From the NCBI GenBank assembly GCA_964448985.1, contig CAYVBI010000004.1, positions 1-36,033 on the forward strand: 36,033 nucleotides of DNA, written 5' to 3'. The translations under genes were made by a program, and so were the position numbers. How positions within the stretch are numbered: position 1 is the stretch's first letter; every line of letters starts with the position of its first letter. The notes below the pieces were generated by a model. It was given only the letters and a program-made list of their open reading frames with translations, ran no database searches and was not told where the DNA came from. This DNA is from an uncultured Dehalococcoidales bacterium (lineage in GTDB: Bacteria > Chloroflexota > Dehalococcoidia > GIF9 > UBA5629). This document shows positions 8,146-16,811 of the stretch, piece by piece.

Positions 8146-9206
8146 CAGAACACCGCCTTTTTCTTCTGATTCAGCAGGTAGAGGAAGAAGGGCGCGCCGA
8201 TGATGGCGGTGATGATGCCGACGGGTATCTCGGCCGGGGCCATGATAGTCCTGGCGGCCGTGTCCGCCAGTATCAGGAAAGCCGCGCCCCCCAGCAGGGA
8301 CATGGGAAGGAGCAGGCGGTAGTCCGGCCCGCAGGTCATCCTCACGGCGTGGGGGATAATGATGCCCACGAAACCGATGGCGCCGCAGAAACATACGGCT
8401 GCGGCCGTTGTCAGCGTGGCCGCCACCAGAATAATCAGCTTGGTGCGCTCGACATTGATACCCAGTTGTTCGGCCTGCTCCTCGTCCAACTGCATCACGT
8501 TGAGCGGACGTGCCATCAGCAGCAGTACGGCCGCGCCGGCGAATACATAGGGTATCATAACTCCCACCCGCCACCAGTCAGCCAGGGCGAAGGTGCCCAG
8601 CAGCCAGAAAACAATGCCGTGCACCTTGTCATTCGAGATAATGATGAGATAGGAAGTAATCGAGGCCAAAAACGCCCCTACTGCTACACCGCCCAGTATG
8701 AGTGTAGTAACGGGCAGCGTACGGCCCGTCCTTGCTATGGAGTAGACCGCCGCCACGCTGAGTATGGCGCCCAGGAAGGCCAGTACGGGCACCAGGGCAG
8801 CCGGCACGGCAGCCGGAAGCAAAAAGCCGGCGACGGCTCCCAGCGCCGCACCCTGCGAGATGCCTGTGAGATAGGGATCGGCCAGCGGGTTGCGGAACAT
8901 GCCCTGGTAGGCCGCGCCCGCAACTGCCAGCGCAGCTCCGGTAAGGCCGGCCATGATGATGCGCGGCAGCCGGATGTCCCAGATAATCGTATTATAGACG
9001 GCCGAATAGGCATCGGCTTGATCGGGCGTAAATATCCTTGCCTGCAAAATAGCGAAGATATCATGTATGGGTATAGCCGTGCTGCCGGCTGTGATGGCCC
9101 ACAGGCCTACCGAGGCCAGTATCAGGGCCGACAGAATTAAAATTAACCGCCCGCGGCGTACTCTGGCGCGGTGCAGGTCCAATTCAGTTTTTAAGGCTGC
9201 GTCCAT
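8145..9206 (-). CDS. btuC: Corrinoid ABC transporter permease (FecCD/BtuC family)
   Basis: Motifs IWDIRLPR, FRNPLADPY, GAIGFVGIIIPH, EIPVGIITAIIGAPFF; B12 specificity inferred from the riboswitch and cob context. Confidence 0.9.
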   Translation of the reverse strand: MDAALKTELDLHRARVRRGRLILILSALILASVGLWAITAGSTAIPIHDIFAILQARIFTPDQADAYSAVYNTIIWDIRLPRIIMAGLTGAALAVAGAAYQGMFRNPLADPYLTGISQGAALGAVAGFLLPAAVPAALVPVLAFLGAILSVAAVYSIARTGRTLPVTTLILGGVAVGAFLASITSYLIIISNDKVHGIVFWLLGTFALADWWRVGVMIPYVFAGAAVLLLMARPLNVMQLDEEQAEQLGINVERTKLIILVAATLTTAAAVCFCGAIGFVGIIIPHAVRMTCGPDYRLLLPMSLLGGAAFLILADTAARTIMAPAEIPVGIITAIIGAPFFLYLLNQKKKAVF

Positions 9207-9234
9207 CTCGATGTTTCTTTTTCGCGGAGGTGAT

Positions 9235-10161
9235 TTATTGCGTAGACTTGCTGAAGAGGTCCGGGTGCAGGAAGGATGCGGTTTGTTCCAGGGCCGATAT
9301 GCAGCGGGGGCTGTGGCGATATATCAGGTCCCCCTCGATCTTATAGACCCGGCCGTTCTTGACTGCGGAAGTATTGCTCATGCGCGGGTCGGTGGTAATG
9401 AAGTTCCACAATGGATCGCCCTCGTTATCCATGCTGGTCGGCACGATGATGACCTGTGGGTCGGCGCTGATGATTGACTCAAAGTTCATGGAGGCGAAGC
9501 CGTTGATTTCCGTGGCTATATTAGTCCCTCCCGCCAGCCCTATGATGTCGTCGATGAGAGTGGATTTGCTCGCCACCATCAGCGGATCATTCCAGATGAT
9601 GAGCAACGTACGCGGGCGCAGGTCGGGCGCCAGTCCTGCGGTCACTGCTGTAACAGCATCCACGCGTTTTTGCAGTCCGGCGGTCAGCGTTGCGGCGGCC
9701 TGATCGGCGCCGGCCAGCCTGCCGGTAAGAGTGATATCTTTGATGACGCTCTCCACCGTTTTGGGAGAAATAGTAATAACACGGAAGCCCATCTTCTGTA
9801 GCTGCGGTGTAACGCTTTTGTTATGGATTTCGGTTGCGAGCACCAGGTCGGGCTTGAGCCCCACCGCTCTCTCGATGTCCACCGTGCTGAATCCCCCCAC
9901 TTTGGCCTTGTCCCTGGCGGCAGGCGGATAGTTGCAGAACTCCGTCACGCCCACCAGCCTGTCTTGCAGCCCCAGGGCGTAGACTATCTCGGTGTTGGCC
10001 GGGGCCAGCGATATTATGCGCTCTGCGGGCGGCGCAGTTGTTATGGGATTGCCGGAGTCGTCTCTCATCTCCGCCGGCATGGACGGGGCAACGCACGCGC
10101 ATATAAACAGGAGAGCGGCCAGCGCCGTGTAGATCGATAATTTTCGCCGTGCAGTTTTCAT
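9235..10161 (-). CDS. btuF: Corrinoid ABC transporter substrate-binding protein, possibly a lipoprotein
   Basis: Motifs RIISLAPANTEIVYALG, VGVTEFCNYP, GGFST, AVKNGRVY. ATG 10161 has GGAGG at 10172-10168; the ORF-track start 10221 would run through the terminator. Confidence 0.9.
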   Translation of the reverse strand: MKTARRKLSIYTALAALLFICACVAPSMPAEMRDDSGNPITTAPPAERIISLAPANTEIVYALGLQDRLVGVTEFCNYPPAARDKAKVGGFSTVDIERAVGLKPDLVLATEIHNKSVTPQLQKMGFRVITISPKTVESVIKDITLTGRLAGADQAAATLTAGLQKRVDAVTAVTAGLAPDLRPRTLLIIWNDPLMVASKSTLIDDIIGLAGGTNIATEINGFASMNFESIISADPQVIIVPTSMDNEGDPLWNFITTDPRMSNTSAVKNGRVYKIEGDLIYRHSPRCISALEQTASFLHPDLFSKSTQ

Positions 10162-10181
10162 ACTTAACCTCCGTAGATAAC

Positions 10182-10209
10182 AAAAAACCCCTGCTCCCGC
10201 GGGCAGGGG
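10182..10209 (-). terminator. Intrinsic terminator / attenuator in the btuF leader
   Basis: Minus strand CCCCTGC-CCGCGGGA-GCAGGGG followed by TTTTTT, between the riboswitch and the btuF RBS. Confidence 0.85.
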
Positions 10210-10233
10210 GATCGTTAACAAATAACAAATCCC

Positions 10234-10362
10234 GCCTCCTTACTCCGCGGAGGCAGCTTTTCAGCAGGGTGGCGTTCTGACTTTCACAGTAGGCGGGACT
10301 GTACCGGTATTGCGCCGGTTTGCATTCCGTTTAAGCCTGCGGTCACCCGCGGGCGCCCTGCT
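10234..10362 (-). ncRNA. Cobalamin riboswitch, compact form
   Basis: Minus strand: closing stem AGCAGGG/CCCTGCT; hairpin GCGG-GTGA-CCGC; AAACGGAA; T-loop hairpin CCGG-CGCAATA-CCGG; ACAGT-CCCGCCT-ACTGT; B12-box-like AAGTCAGAACGCC. Downstream hairpin GCCTCC-GCGGAGTAA-GGAGGC has loop GCGG complementary to the CCGC loop (kissing loop). Lies upstream of btuFCD-cob genes. Confidence 0.88.
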
Positions 10363-10383
10363 TCAAATATTCAATTGGCATAA

Positions 10384-10412
10384 AGGATATAGTTTAAATC
10401 GCGCGATGTCAA
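10384..10412 (-). promoter_or_regulatory. Sigma70-type promoter of the riboswitch/btu-cob operon
   Basis: Minus strand TTGACA (10412-10407), 17 nt, TATCCT (10389-10384), just upstream of the riboswitch. Confidence 0.75.
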
Positions 10413-10435
10413 AGTATACCCTTGCGGCAAACTCG

Positions 10436-10465
10436 TTGCTATTGCCGGAACCTTAACGCTATAAT
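10436..10465 (+). promoter_or_regulatory. Putative sigma70-type promoter of aglB
   Basis: TTGCTA (10436-10441), 18 nt, TATAAT (10460-10465), about 20 nt before ATG 10485. Confidence 0.55.
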
Positions 10466-10484
10466 CTATCTCAAGGTCAGATAT

Positions 10485-12866
10485 ATGACGTTTAATAAAA
10501 TATGGTCCTGGGCCATCGTGATAGTACTCCTTCTGACTATTGTAATGTTGGCGCTCTGGCTGAGGATTGCGCTCCCCTATGATCAGGTGTTTGTCGGGGA
10601 TTGGGTGAAGATGACGGGTGTGGACGCCTATTACTACATGCGCCTGGTAGATAACCTGATGAAACACTTCCCGCAGCTCACGCAATTCGATCCCTATCTA
10701 CTCTATCCCGGGGGCGTGCTGACCGGGTTACAGCCTGATTTCTTCGCTTATTTCATGGGCGGTATCATATGGCTTCTCAGCCTGGGAAATGCCGATCAGC
10801 ATACTGTGGACGTAATATCGGTGTATATTCCGCCTGTGCTGGCGGTGTTGACCATACTGGCCGTGTTCTTTATCGGCGTACTGCTGGGCAGCAGGTGGCT
10901 GGGGCTGATGTCCGCCGGATTGCTGGCCATCATGCCAGGGGAGTTCCTCAACAGGTCGCTGCTGGGCTATACCGACCATCATATCGCCGAGGTAATGTTC
11001 TCCACAGCCATCATGCTGTTTGTTTTCCTGGCCGTGCGAGTGAGCCGGGAAAGGAGTATAGGCGTGCTGACAAAGGCTGGCTGGGGCGGCATCGGGAAAA
11101 TGGTGACGTTCAGCGCCCTGGCAGGAATTTTTATGGGATTGTACATGTTGACCTGGTCCGGCGCTCTGATGTTCGCCCTGATCATTTTTATATTTATCGT
11201 GGCGCAGGCCATTATCGACCATTTGCACGGTTGGGCTGTCGATTATCTGGGCGTCCTGGGCGCCTGTCTTTTCGGGGTGGGGTTGATTATGTACCTGCCG
11301 TGGATCAAGAGCACGATGACGGTGGTGGGACTCGCTATGGGGTTGCTGTTGTCCGTGCTGTTGCCTCTTATCTCCAGATGGATGAACGGCAGGGGATTGA
11401 AACCGCTTTATTATCCTGTTGTGATTGCGGGACTGGCTGTGCTGGGCGTGGCGTTACTGGCGCTGGTAAGCCCGTTGATATTTCAATTGATGGCAGGCAG
11501 CATGGCCAACATTTTCATCTGGCCCGTGGGGACGACCGTAATGGAGATGCAGCCTCTCCTCATTCAGCAGGGTAATTTCACCTTTGCAGTGGCCCTGGGC
11601 AACTATATGCTGGCCTTTTTCTTAAGCCTTGTATGTATAGCGGTTCTGTTCTACCAGGTGATAAAAAGTGGCCGGGCGGACAGGACACTGCTGCTGGTAT
11701 GGAGCATCATTATTTTACTATCGGCGCTGTCCATGCGGCGTTTCGCCTATTATTTCGCGGTCAACGTCGCGCTGCTGACGGGCTATCTCTGCTGGGTACC
11801 GCTTGACGCGCTAATCAGGAAGAAATACGCGTCAACGGCGGCAGCAGCAACTATGAGAACCGCGGCCAGGGGAAAGAAACGTGCGGCAAAGCAGGCGCAG
11901 CAGTCGAGGTCGGCGAAGCGGACCTCCATGCAGGGCAACTTCGCAATCGCAGCGGTACTGGCTCTGTTAGTGCTGCTGGTGTATTACCCCAATATCGGGC
12001 CGATGCCCGATGGGCAGAAGCCCTCAGTCGACCTGGCCACGCGGCCTTTGTTCGCCCCTTCAAATGCGTGGTGCGAGGCCGTGGACTGGCTGAGGACAGA
12101 AACCCCTGAACCGTTTGGCGATGCAGATACTTACTACGGATTATATAAACCCGTTAACCGGCAGGGAGGATTCGAATACCCTTCCGGCGCCTACGGGATT
12201 ATGGCCTGGTGGGATTACGGCTACTGGATCGCCAGGATAGGTCAGCGGCCACCGGCCACCAACCCGGGGACTGGTCATCTCGGATCGGCTTATTTCTTTA
12301 CTTCCCAGGATGCCCCGTCGGCTGAGCGGGTAATAGACGCATATGGTTCACGTTATGTGATCGTTGATGACCAGATAGCCGCCTATGACGGCAAATTCCA
12401 TGCGCTGGCCTCCTTGAGCGGCTCGGATTACTCGCACTATTACGATATGTTCTTAACCAAACAGAATAACCAGTATGTGCCGTCGATCCGTTTTTACCCG
12501 GAGTATTACCGCAGCATGGTCAGCAGGTTATATAATTTCGACGGGAAGGCTGTGGCGCCGGGGAGCGTTGATGTTATTGCGTACGATGAGTTCACGGCTC
12601 AGGATGGAGGACAGTATAAAGAGATCATCGATAGCCGAAAATTCAACTCATATTCAGCGGCAGAGCAGTTTATCAAAGAAAATGCGGGAAAGAATTACAT
12701 TATAGCCGGCCAGGATCCCGGTGAAAGCCCTGTACCGCTGGACGAATTGAAGGACTACAAGCTCGTTTACAGTTCGCAGCAAAAAGTGCCTGTGGGATCG
12801 AGGTCCCAGCCCAGTATCAAGATATTTGAGTATGAGAGCAATTCGACTCCACCGGCAGGCGATTAG
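10485..12866 (+). CDS. aglB: STT3-family oligosaccharyltransferase, euryarchaeal AglB type
   Basis: Many N-terminal TM helices. Motifs GVDAYYYMR, FDPYLLYPGG, RSLLGYTDHHIAE, TVMEMQP (TIxE-like), RRFAYY, MAWWDYGYWI (WWDYG at 12207-12221), GKFHAL. ATG 10485 preferred over TTG 10422 because a promoter lies between them. Confidence 0.95.
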   Translation: MTFNKIWSWAIVIVLLLTIVMLALWLRIALPYDQVFVGDWVKMTGVDAYYYMRLVDNLMKHFPQLTQFDPYLLYPGGVLTGLQPDFFAYFMGGIIWLLSLGNADQHTVDVISVYIPPVLAVLTILAVFFIGVLLGSRWLGLMSAGLLAIMPGEFLNRSLLGYTDHHIAEVMFSTAIMLFVFLAVRVSRERSIGVLTKAGWGGIGKMVTFSALAGIFMGLYMLTWSGALMFALIIFIFIVAQAIIDHLHGWAVDYLGVLGACLFGVGLIMYLPWIKSTMTVVGLAMGLLLSVLLPLISRWMNGRGLKPLYYPVVIAGLAVLGVALLALVSPLIFQLMAGSMANIFIWPVGTTVMEMQPLLIQQGNFTFAVALGNYMLAFFLSLVCIAVLFYQVIKSGRADRTLLLVWSIIILLSALSMRRFAYYFAVNVALLTGYLCWVPLDALIRKKYASTAAAATMRTAARGKKRAAKQAQQSRSAKRTSMQGNFAIAAVLALLVLLVYYPNIGPMPDGQKPSVDLATRPLFAPSNAWCEAVDWLRTETPEPFGDADTYYGLYKPVNRQGGFEYPSGAYGIMAWWDYGYWIARIGQRPPATNPGTGHLGSAYFFTSQDAPSAERVIDAYGSRYVIVDDQIAAYDGKFHALASLSGSDYSHYYDMFLTKQNNQYVPSIRFYPEYYRSMVSRLYNFDGKAVAPGSVDVIAYDEFTAQDGGQYKEIIDSRKFNSYSAAEQFIKENAGKNYIIAGQDPGESPVPLDELKDYKLVYSSQQKVPVGSRSQPSIKIFEYESNSTPPAGD

Positions 12867-13005
12867 TACGGCGATACAAAAGCGAAGCATAGGCTATAGT
12901 GGGAAGGCCGGAACAATAGGAGCATCGAGTTATCGATGGCGAAATAGTATTAGGGGGCTTTCAGTACATTGTCCACCATCAAATGAAAACACACTTAATT
13001 CATAG

Positions 13006-13014
13006 TGATATAAT
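13006..13014 (+). promoter_or_regulatory. Extended -10 promoter element ahead of the sugar-biosynthesis cassette
   Basis: TGATATAAT (TGn-TATAAT), 23 nt upstream of ATG 13038. Confidence 0.5.
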
Positions 13015-13037
13015 TTGTGTATTAAGAATTGAATGAG

Positions 13038-14255
13038 ATGAAAATACCGATAGCAAAGCCATATATTGGGGAAGAGGAAAAGCGAGCAACAGCTGCGGTG
13101 CTGGAATCAGGCTGGTTAGTGCAGGGTGCTAAAGTAGCTGAGTTCGAGACGATGGTATGCAAATTTACAGGCGTGAAATTTGCAAAGGCATCGAGTTCAT
13201 GTACTACGGCTCTCCATCTTGCACTGGTTTCATTGGGGATTGGTCCCGGTGATGAAGTGCTTGTTCCCTCGTTTACATTTGTTGCATCTGCTAACGCAAT
13301 TGAATATACAGGAGCAAAGCCGGTTTTTATTGATATCGATCCCAAAAGTTTCAACATCGATGTTGACGGGCTGGAAAAGTACCTGTCGCGCAAGAAAAAT
13401 CAAGGGGCAAGGGTGACTGCAATCATGCCTGTTCACCTGTTCGGTCTGTGTGCCGATGTGAGTGGGATCATGGAATTGGCTAAACGGTATGATCTCCTTG
13501 TTATTGAGGATGCCGCATGTGCACTGGGAAGCTACTGCGGCCCCCATCATGCCGGGACTATGGGCGATGCGGGTTGCTTTAGTTTTCACCCTCGCAAGCT
13601 CATAACCACCGGAGAGGGTGGCATGGTTGTCACTAACAGCCCGGACATCTCCAGTTTTGTTTCCAGTTTAAGAGATCACGGAGCATCGGTTTCCGATCTG
13701 GAGAGGCACAAGAAAAACAGCAGTGTGCTTCCCGAATACGACCGTATAGGCTATAACTATCGCCTAACCGATATTCAAGCGGCTATAGGCATAGAGCAAA
13801 TGAAGAAGCTGCAGTGGATCATAGACAGGAGGGCGGAGAAAGCCGCCAGGTATAACGAAGGCCTAGGGGATATTGAATGGCTGCAAATACCACATGTACC
13901 GGAGGGATACAGGCACAGTTACCAGTCCTATGTGGTTATTGTGCGCGATCAGGAGAATGATCTTATGTCGCTGCATAAGATTGACATATTACGCAATATC
14001 CGGGACGCAATAATGGCCAAGCTTGCTGAGAGAGGAATTGCCACTAGACAGGGGACCTCGGCCGTGCATAGGTTAGGTTATTATCGTAACAAGTATGGGC
14101 TGAAAGACAATGATTTCCCGGTTTCTCTTCAAGCGGAGCAGCTGACTATTGCTCTGCCCTTATACCCGCAAATGACCGATGAAGAACAGGATTATGTGAT
14201 TGAAAACCTGCATCAGGCGGTAGGAGAAATTTCACTGTCAAGGGCACGCAAATGA
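13038..14255 (+). CDS. DegT/DnrJ/EryC1/StrS-family PLP sugar aminotransferase
   Basis: Motifs SSCTTALHLAL, GPGDEVLVPSFTFVASANA, PVHLFG, IEDAACALG, FSFHPRKLITTGEGG, GYNYRL, LPLYP. Confidence 0.93.
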   Translation: MKIPIAKPYIGEEEKRATAAVLESGWLVQGAKVAEFETMVCKFTGVKFAKASSSCTTALHLALVSLGIGPGDEVLVPSFTFVASANAIEYTGAKPVFIDIDPKSFNIDVDGLEKYLSRKKNQGARVTAIMPVHLFGLCADVSGIMELAKRYDLLVIEDAACALGSYCGPHHAGTMGDAGCFSFHPRKLITTGEGGMVVTNSPDISSFVSSLRDHGASVSDLERHKKNSSVLPEYDRIGYNYRLTDIQAAIGIEQMKKLQWIIDRRAEKAARYNEGLGDIEWLQIPHVPEGYRHSYQSYVVIVRDQENDLMSLHKIDILRNIRDAIMAKLAERGIATRQGTSAVHRLGYYRNKYGLKDNDFPVSLQAEQLTIALPLYPQMTDEEQDYVIENLHQAVGEISLSRARK

Positions 14256-14905
14256 TTCACGAAACTGTCAGGCTTTACGGTAAAAACACGATCGATGACA
14301 GTTGCTGGTTGCTGGAGGACGTGATCATCGGTTATCCCGATGCCGAGATATTCAATGAGATAAAAAAACACGGTCATAAAATTGAAGATCATAAATTTGT
14401 TGGATCAACTATTCAAGCAAATGCATTGATCAGGTCCGGCACCATTATCTATTGTAAAGTAAATATTGGTAAAAACTTTCGTAGCGGACATCGTGTTTTG
14501 ATCAGAGAAAAGACAGTTATTGGAGAGAACGTTCTTATTGGCAGTAATGTGATAATTGAGGGACATGTCAACATCGGAAACAATGTCAGCATTCAGAGCA
14601 ACGTTTATATTCCTACCAATTCGGTGATCGCCGATTTTGTATTCATCGGCCCCAATGCAGTGCTCAGCAATGATAAATATCCTCCGATGAGGAAAATTAC
14701 GAAGATGAACGGGCCTGTACTGAACAGGGGCGTATCAGTGGGTGCTAACGCCACCATATTGCCTGGCGTAGAAATCGGGGAGGGGAGTATGGTGGCCGCC
14801 GGCGCCGTTGTCGTTAAAAACGTGCCTCCCTGGACTCTGGCGGTTGGCGTTCCGGCCAGATGTACAGACCTGCCCCGAGATACCAAGGTGATCAATAAGC
14901 TGTAA
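14252..14905 (+). CDS. Hexapeptide-repeat (left-handed beta-helix) sugar N-acetyltransferase, WbpD-like
   Basis: Hexapeptide repeats IGENVLIG, IGNNVSIQ; VFIGPNAVLSNDKYP, VGANATILPGVEIG, GVPAR. Confidence 0.88.
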   Translation: MIHETVRLYGKNTIDDSCWLLEDVIIGYPDAEIFNEIKKHGHKIEDHKFVGSTIQANALIRSGTIIYCKVNIGKNFRSGHRVLIREKTVIGENVLIGSNVIIEGHVNIGNNVSIQSNVYIPTNSVIADFVFIGPNAVLSNDKYPPMRKITKMNGPVLNRGVSVGANATILPGVEIGEGSMVAAGAVVVKNVPPWTLAVGVPARCTDLPRDTKVINKL

Positions 14906-14925
14906 TTGTACGCGAGGTTAATCGT

Positions 14926-15831
14926 ATGAGAGTAGGAGTTATCGGCGCTGGTGTGATGGGCAGGCACCATGCAAGGGTTTATCACGAGCTGGGCGCCGAC
15001 CTTGTCGGTATAGCCGACATAGATATAAAGAAGGCTCAAGAGGTAGCCGATAAATATCAAACCAAGGCCTTTAAAAAATATGCGCAATTATTGGAACAGG
15101 GGCTGGACGCTGTTAGCGTAGCGGTACCCTCGAAGTTGCACAGTGTGGTTGCGGTAGATGTTGCCGAACATGGAGTTAATATGCTGGTGGAGAAGCCCAT
15201 TGCTGATACGATGGAGAGCGGAAACAAGATCATCGATGTGGCCAGGAAAGCCAATGTAATTCTCATGGTAGGGCATATTGAGAGGTTTAATCCGGCAGTG
15301 CAAAAACTGGTACAGATTATTAGTGAAGGAGTACTCGGTGACCTGGTGGTATTATCATCCAGAAGAGTGGGACCTTTCGTAACCAGGGTAAAGGATATAG
15401 GGATCACCATGGATGTTGCTTCCCATGACATAGATATTGCCAGGTATTTAACAAACAGGGAACCAGTTGAGGTACTGGCAAAATCAATTAATGTGAAAAA
15501 CAAAAAAGGCGATTGCGCCATCATGATTCTGGATTTTGGCCGGGTGACCGCCTCCATCGAGGTTAACTGGTTTACTCCGCATAAGGTCAGAAGCCTGGTT
15601 GTAACGGGAACTGATGGAATAGCCTACGCTGATTATATCGAACAGAGCGTGACAATTTTTAATTCATCTTGGAAAATGGAACCAAAGATTGAGAAAGGCG
15701 AGCCATTGCGACTGGAGTTGAAGCATTTCTTGGAATGTGTTGAACAGGGGAAAGAACCTTTGATCAGCGGCGAAGACGGCCTCAGGACGCTGGAGATCGC
15801 CTTGAAGATAGAGAGGAGCTCGTTCAAATAA
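14926..15831 (+). CDS. Gfo/Idh/MocA oxidoreductase, likely UDP-HexNAc(A) 3-dehydrogenase (WbpB/GnnA-like)
   Basis: Motifs GVIGAGVMGRHH, LVEKPIA, VGHIERFNPAV, DVASHDID; adjacent to an aminotransferase and acetyltransferase. Confidence 0.85.
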   Translation: MRVGVIGAGVMGRHHARVYHELGADLVGIADIDIKKAQEVADKYQTKAFKKYAQLLEQGLDAVSVAVPSKLHSVVAVDVAEHGVNMLVEKPIADTMESGNKIIDVARKANVILMVGHIERFNPAVQKLVQIISEGVLGDLVVLSSRRVGPFVTRVKDIGITMDVASHDIDIARYLTNREPVEVLAKSINVKNKKGDCAIMILDFGRVTASIEVNWFTPHKVRSLVVTGTDGIAYADYIEQSVTIFNSSWKMEPKIEKGEPLRLELKHFLECVEQGKEPLISGEDGLRTLEIALKIERSSFK

Positions 15832-16811
15832 TGAATTTGAAAAATAAGTCGGTGCTGGTAACAGGCGGCGCCGGTTTCATCGGAAGCCACCTGGTGGACC
15901 GTTTGGTTAAAGAGAAGCCGTCAAATATCATTGTCGTAGACAACTTTTACCTCGGGAAAGAATCAAATCTGCGGGATGCCAGATTGAATTTCCCGTCGCT
16001 TAAGATTGTAAAAATGGATTGCTCGGATCAGAAAAAGATGGAGAGGCTGGTTAAAAATGAGGACGTTGACGTTGTCTTTAACCTGGCGGTGATACCCCTG
16101 CCGATATCTCTGATTGAGCCATGCTGGGTTTATCGGCATAATGTCGACATGGCGCTTAGCGCCTGTGAGCTGGCCCGCAAGGGTTTCTATAAAACACTGG
16201 TACATTTTTCATCTTCGGAGGCATATGGGGATTGTCAATATGCGCCGATGGATGAGGGACATCCACTTAATCCTACGACATCATACGGCGCCAGCAAAGC
16301 TGCCTGCGACCATCTGATCCTTTCATACTGCAAATCGTTTAGAATCGATGCCGTCATTATAAGGCCGTTCAACAACTACGGGCCGCGTCAAAACGAAGGG
16401 AGCTATGCCGGAGTAATTCCAGTAACCATCAAGCGCATTCTTGGCGGTGATAGTCCCATTGTCCATGGAGACGGCGAACAGACCAGGGATTTTATATATG
16501 TTGCCGATACAGCCGAAGCTGCAATTAAGGCGTATAACTGTTTGAAAACCAGGGGCAAAATATTAAATATAGCCAGATCGAAGGAGATTTCGATAAACAG
16601 TCTGGTCGCACTCATAACTGAACACCTGCAATGCAGCAAACCTGTTATTCATGATGAAGAGAGACCCGGAGACTTAAGAAGACTTGTCGGCAGCACTGTT
16701 TTGGCCAAAGAACTAATTGGATTTGAGCCGATCACATCCTGGCAAGATGGACTGAAATCGACGATACAGTGGTTTAAAAAAGCGAGACATAATGTTTCCG
16801 TTAAGAAATGA
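15831..16811 (+). CDS. NAD-dependent nucleotide-sugar epimerase/dehydratase (extended SDR)
   Basis: Motifs LVTGGAGFIGSHL, SSSEAYG, YGASK, RPFNNYGPRQ, GDGEQTRDFIYV. Confidence 0.92.
   Translation: MNLKNKSVLVTGGAGFIGSHLVDRLVKEKPSNIIVVDNFYLGKESNLRDARLNFPSLKIVKMDCSDQKKMERLVKNEDVDVVFNLAVIPLPISLIEPCWVYRHNVDMALSACELARKGFYKTLVHFSSSEAYGDCQYAPMDEGHPLNPTTSYGASKAACDHLILSYCKSFRIDAVIIRPFNNYGPRQNEGSYAGVIPVTIKRILGGDSPIVHGDGEQTRDFIYVADTAEAAIKAYNCLKTRGKILNIARSKEISINSLVALITEHLQCSKPVIHDEERPGDLRRLVGSTVLAKELIGFEPITSWQDGLKSTIQWFKKARHNVSVKK

Noticed and set aside
8146-8574. 143-aa N-terminal extension of btuD in the ORF track
   Set aside because: It lies entirely within btuC; ATG 8145 gives a normal ABC ATPase with TGATG coupling.
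2310-10228. Many long plus-strand and alternate-frame ORFs over the cob/btu operon (e.g. 4567-5328, 8349-9140)
   Set aside because: They overlap well-supported genes, lack recognisable motifs, and are expected in GC-rich coding DNA.
12867-13037. Mobile-element ends or an ncRNA at the composition shift after aglB
   Set aside because: No transposase, integrase, tRNA, terminal inverted repeat or convincing stable structure was found by eye.
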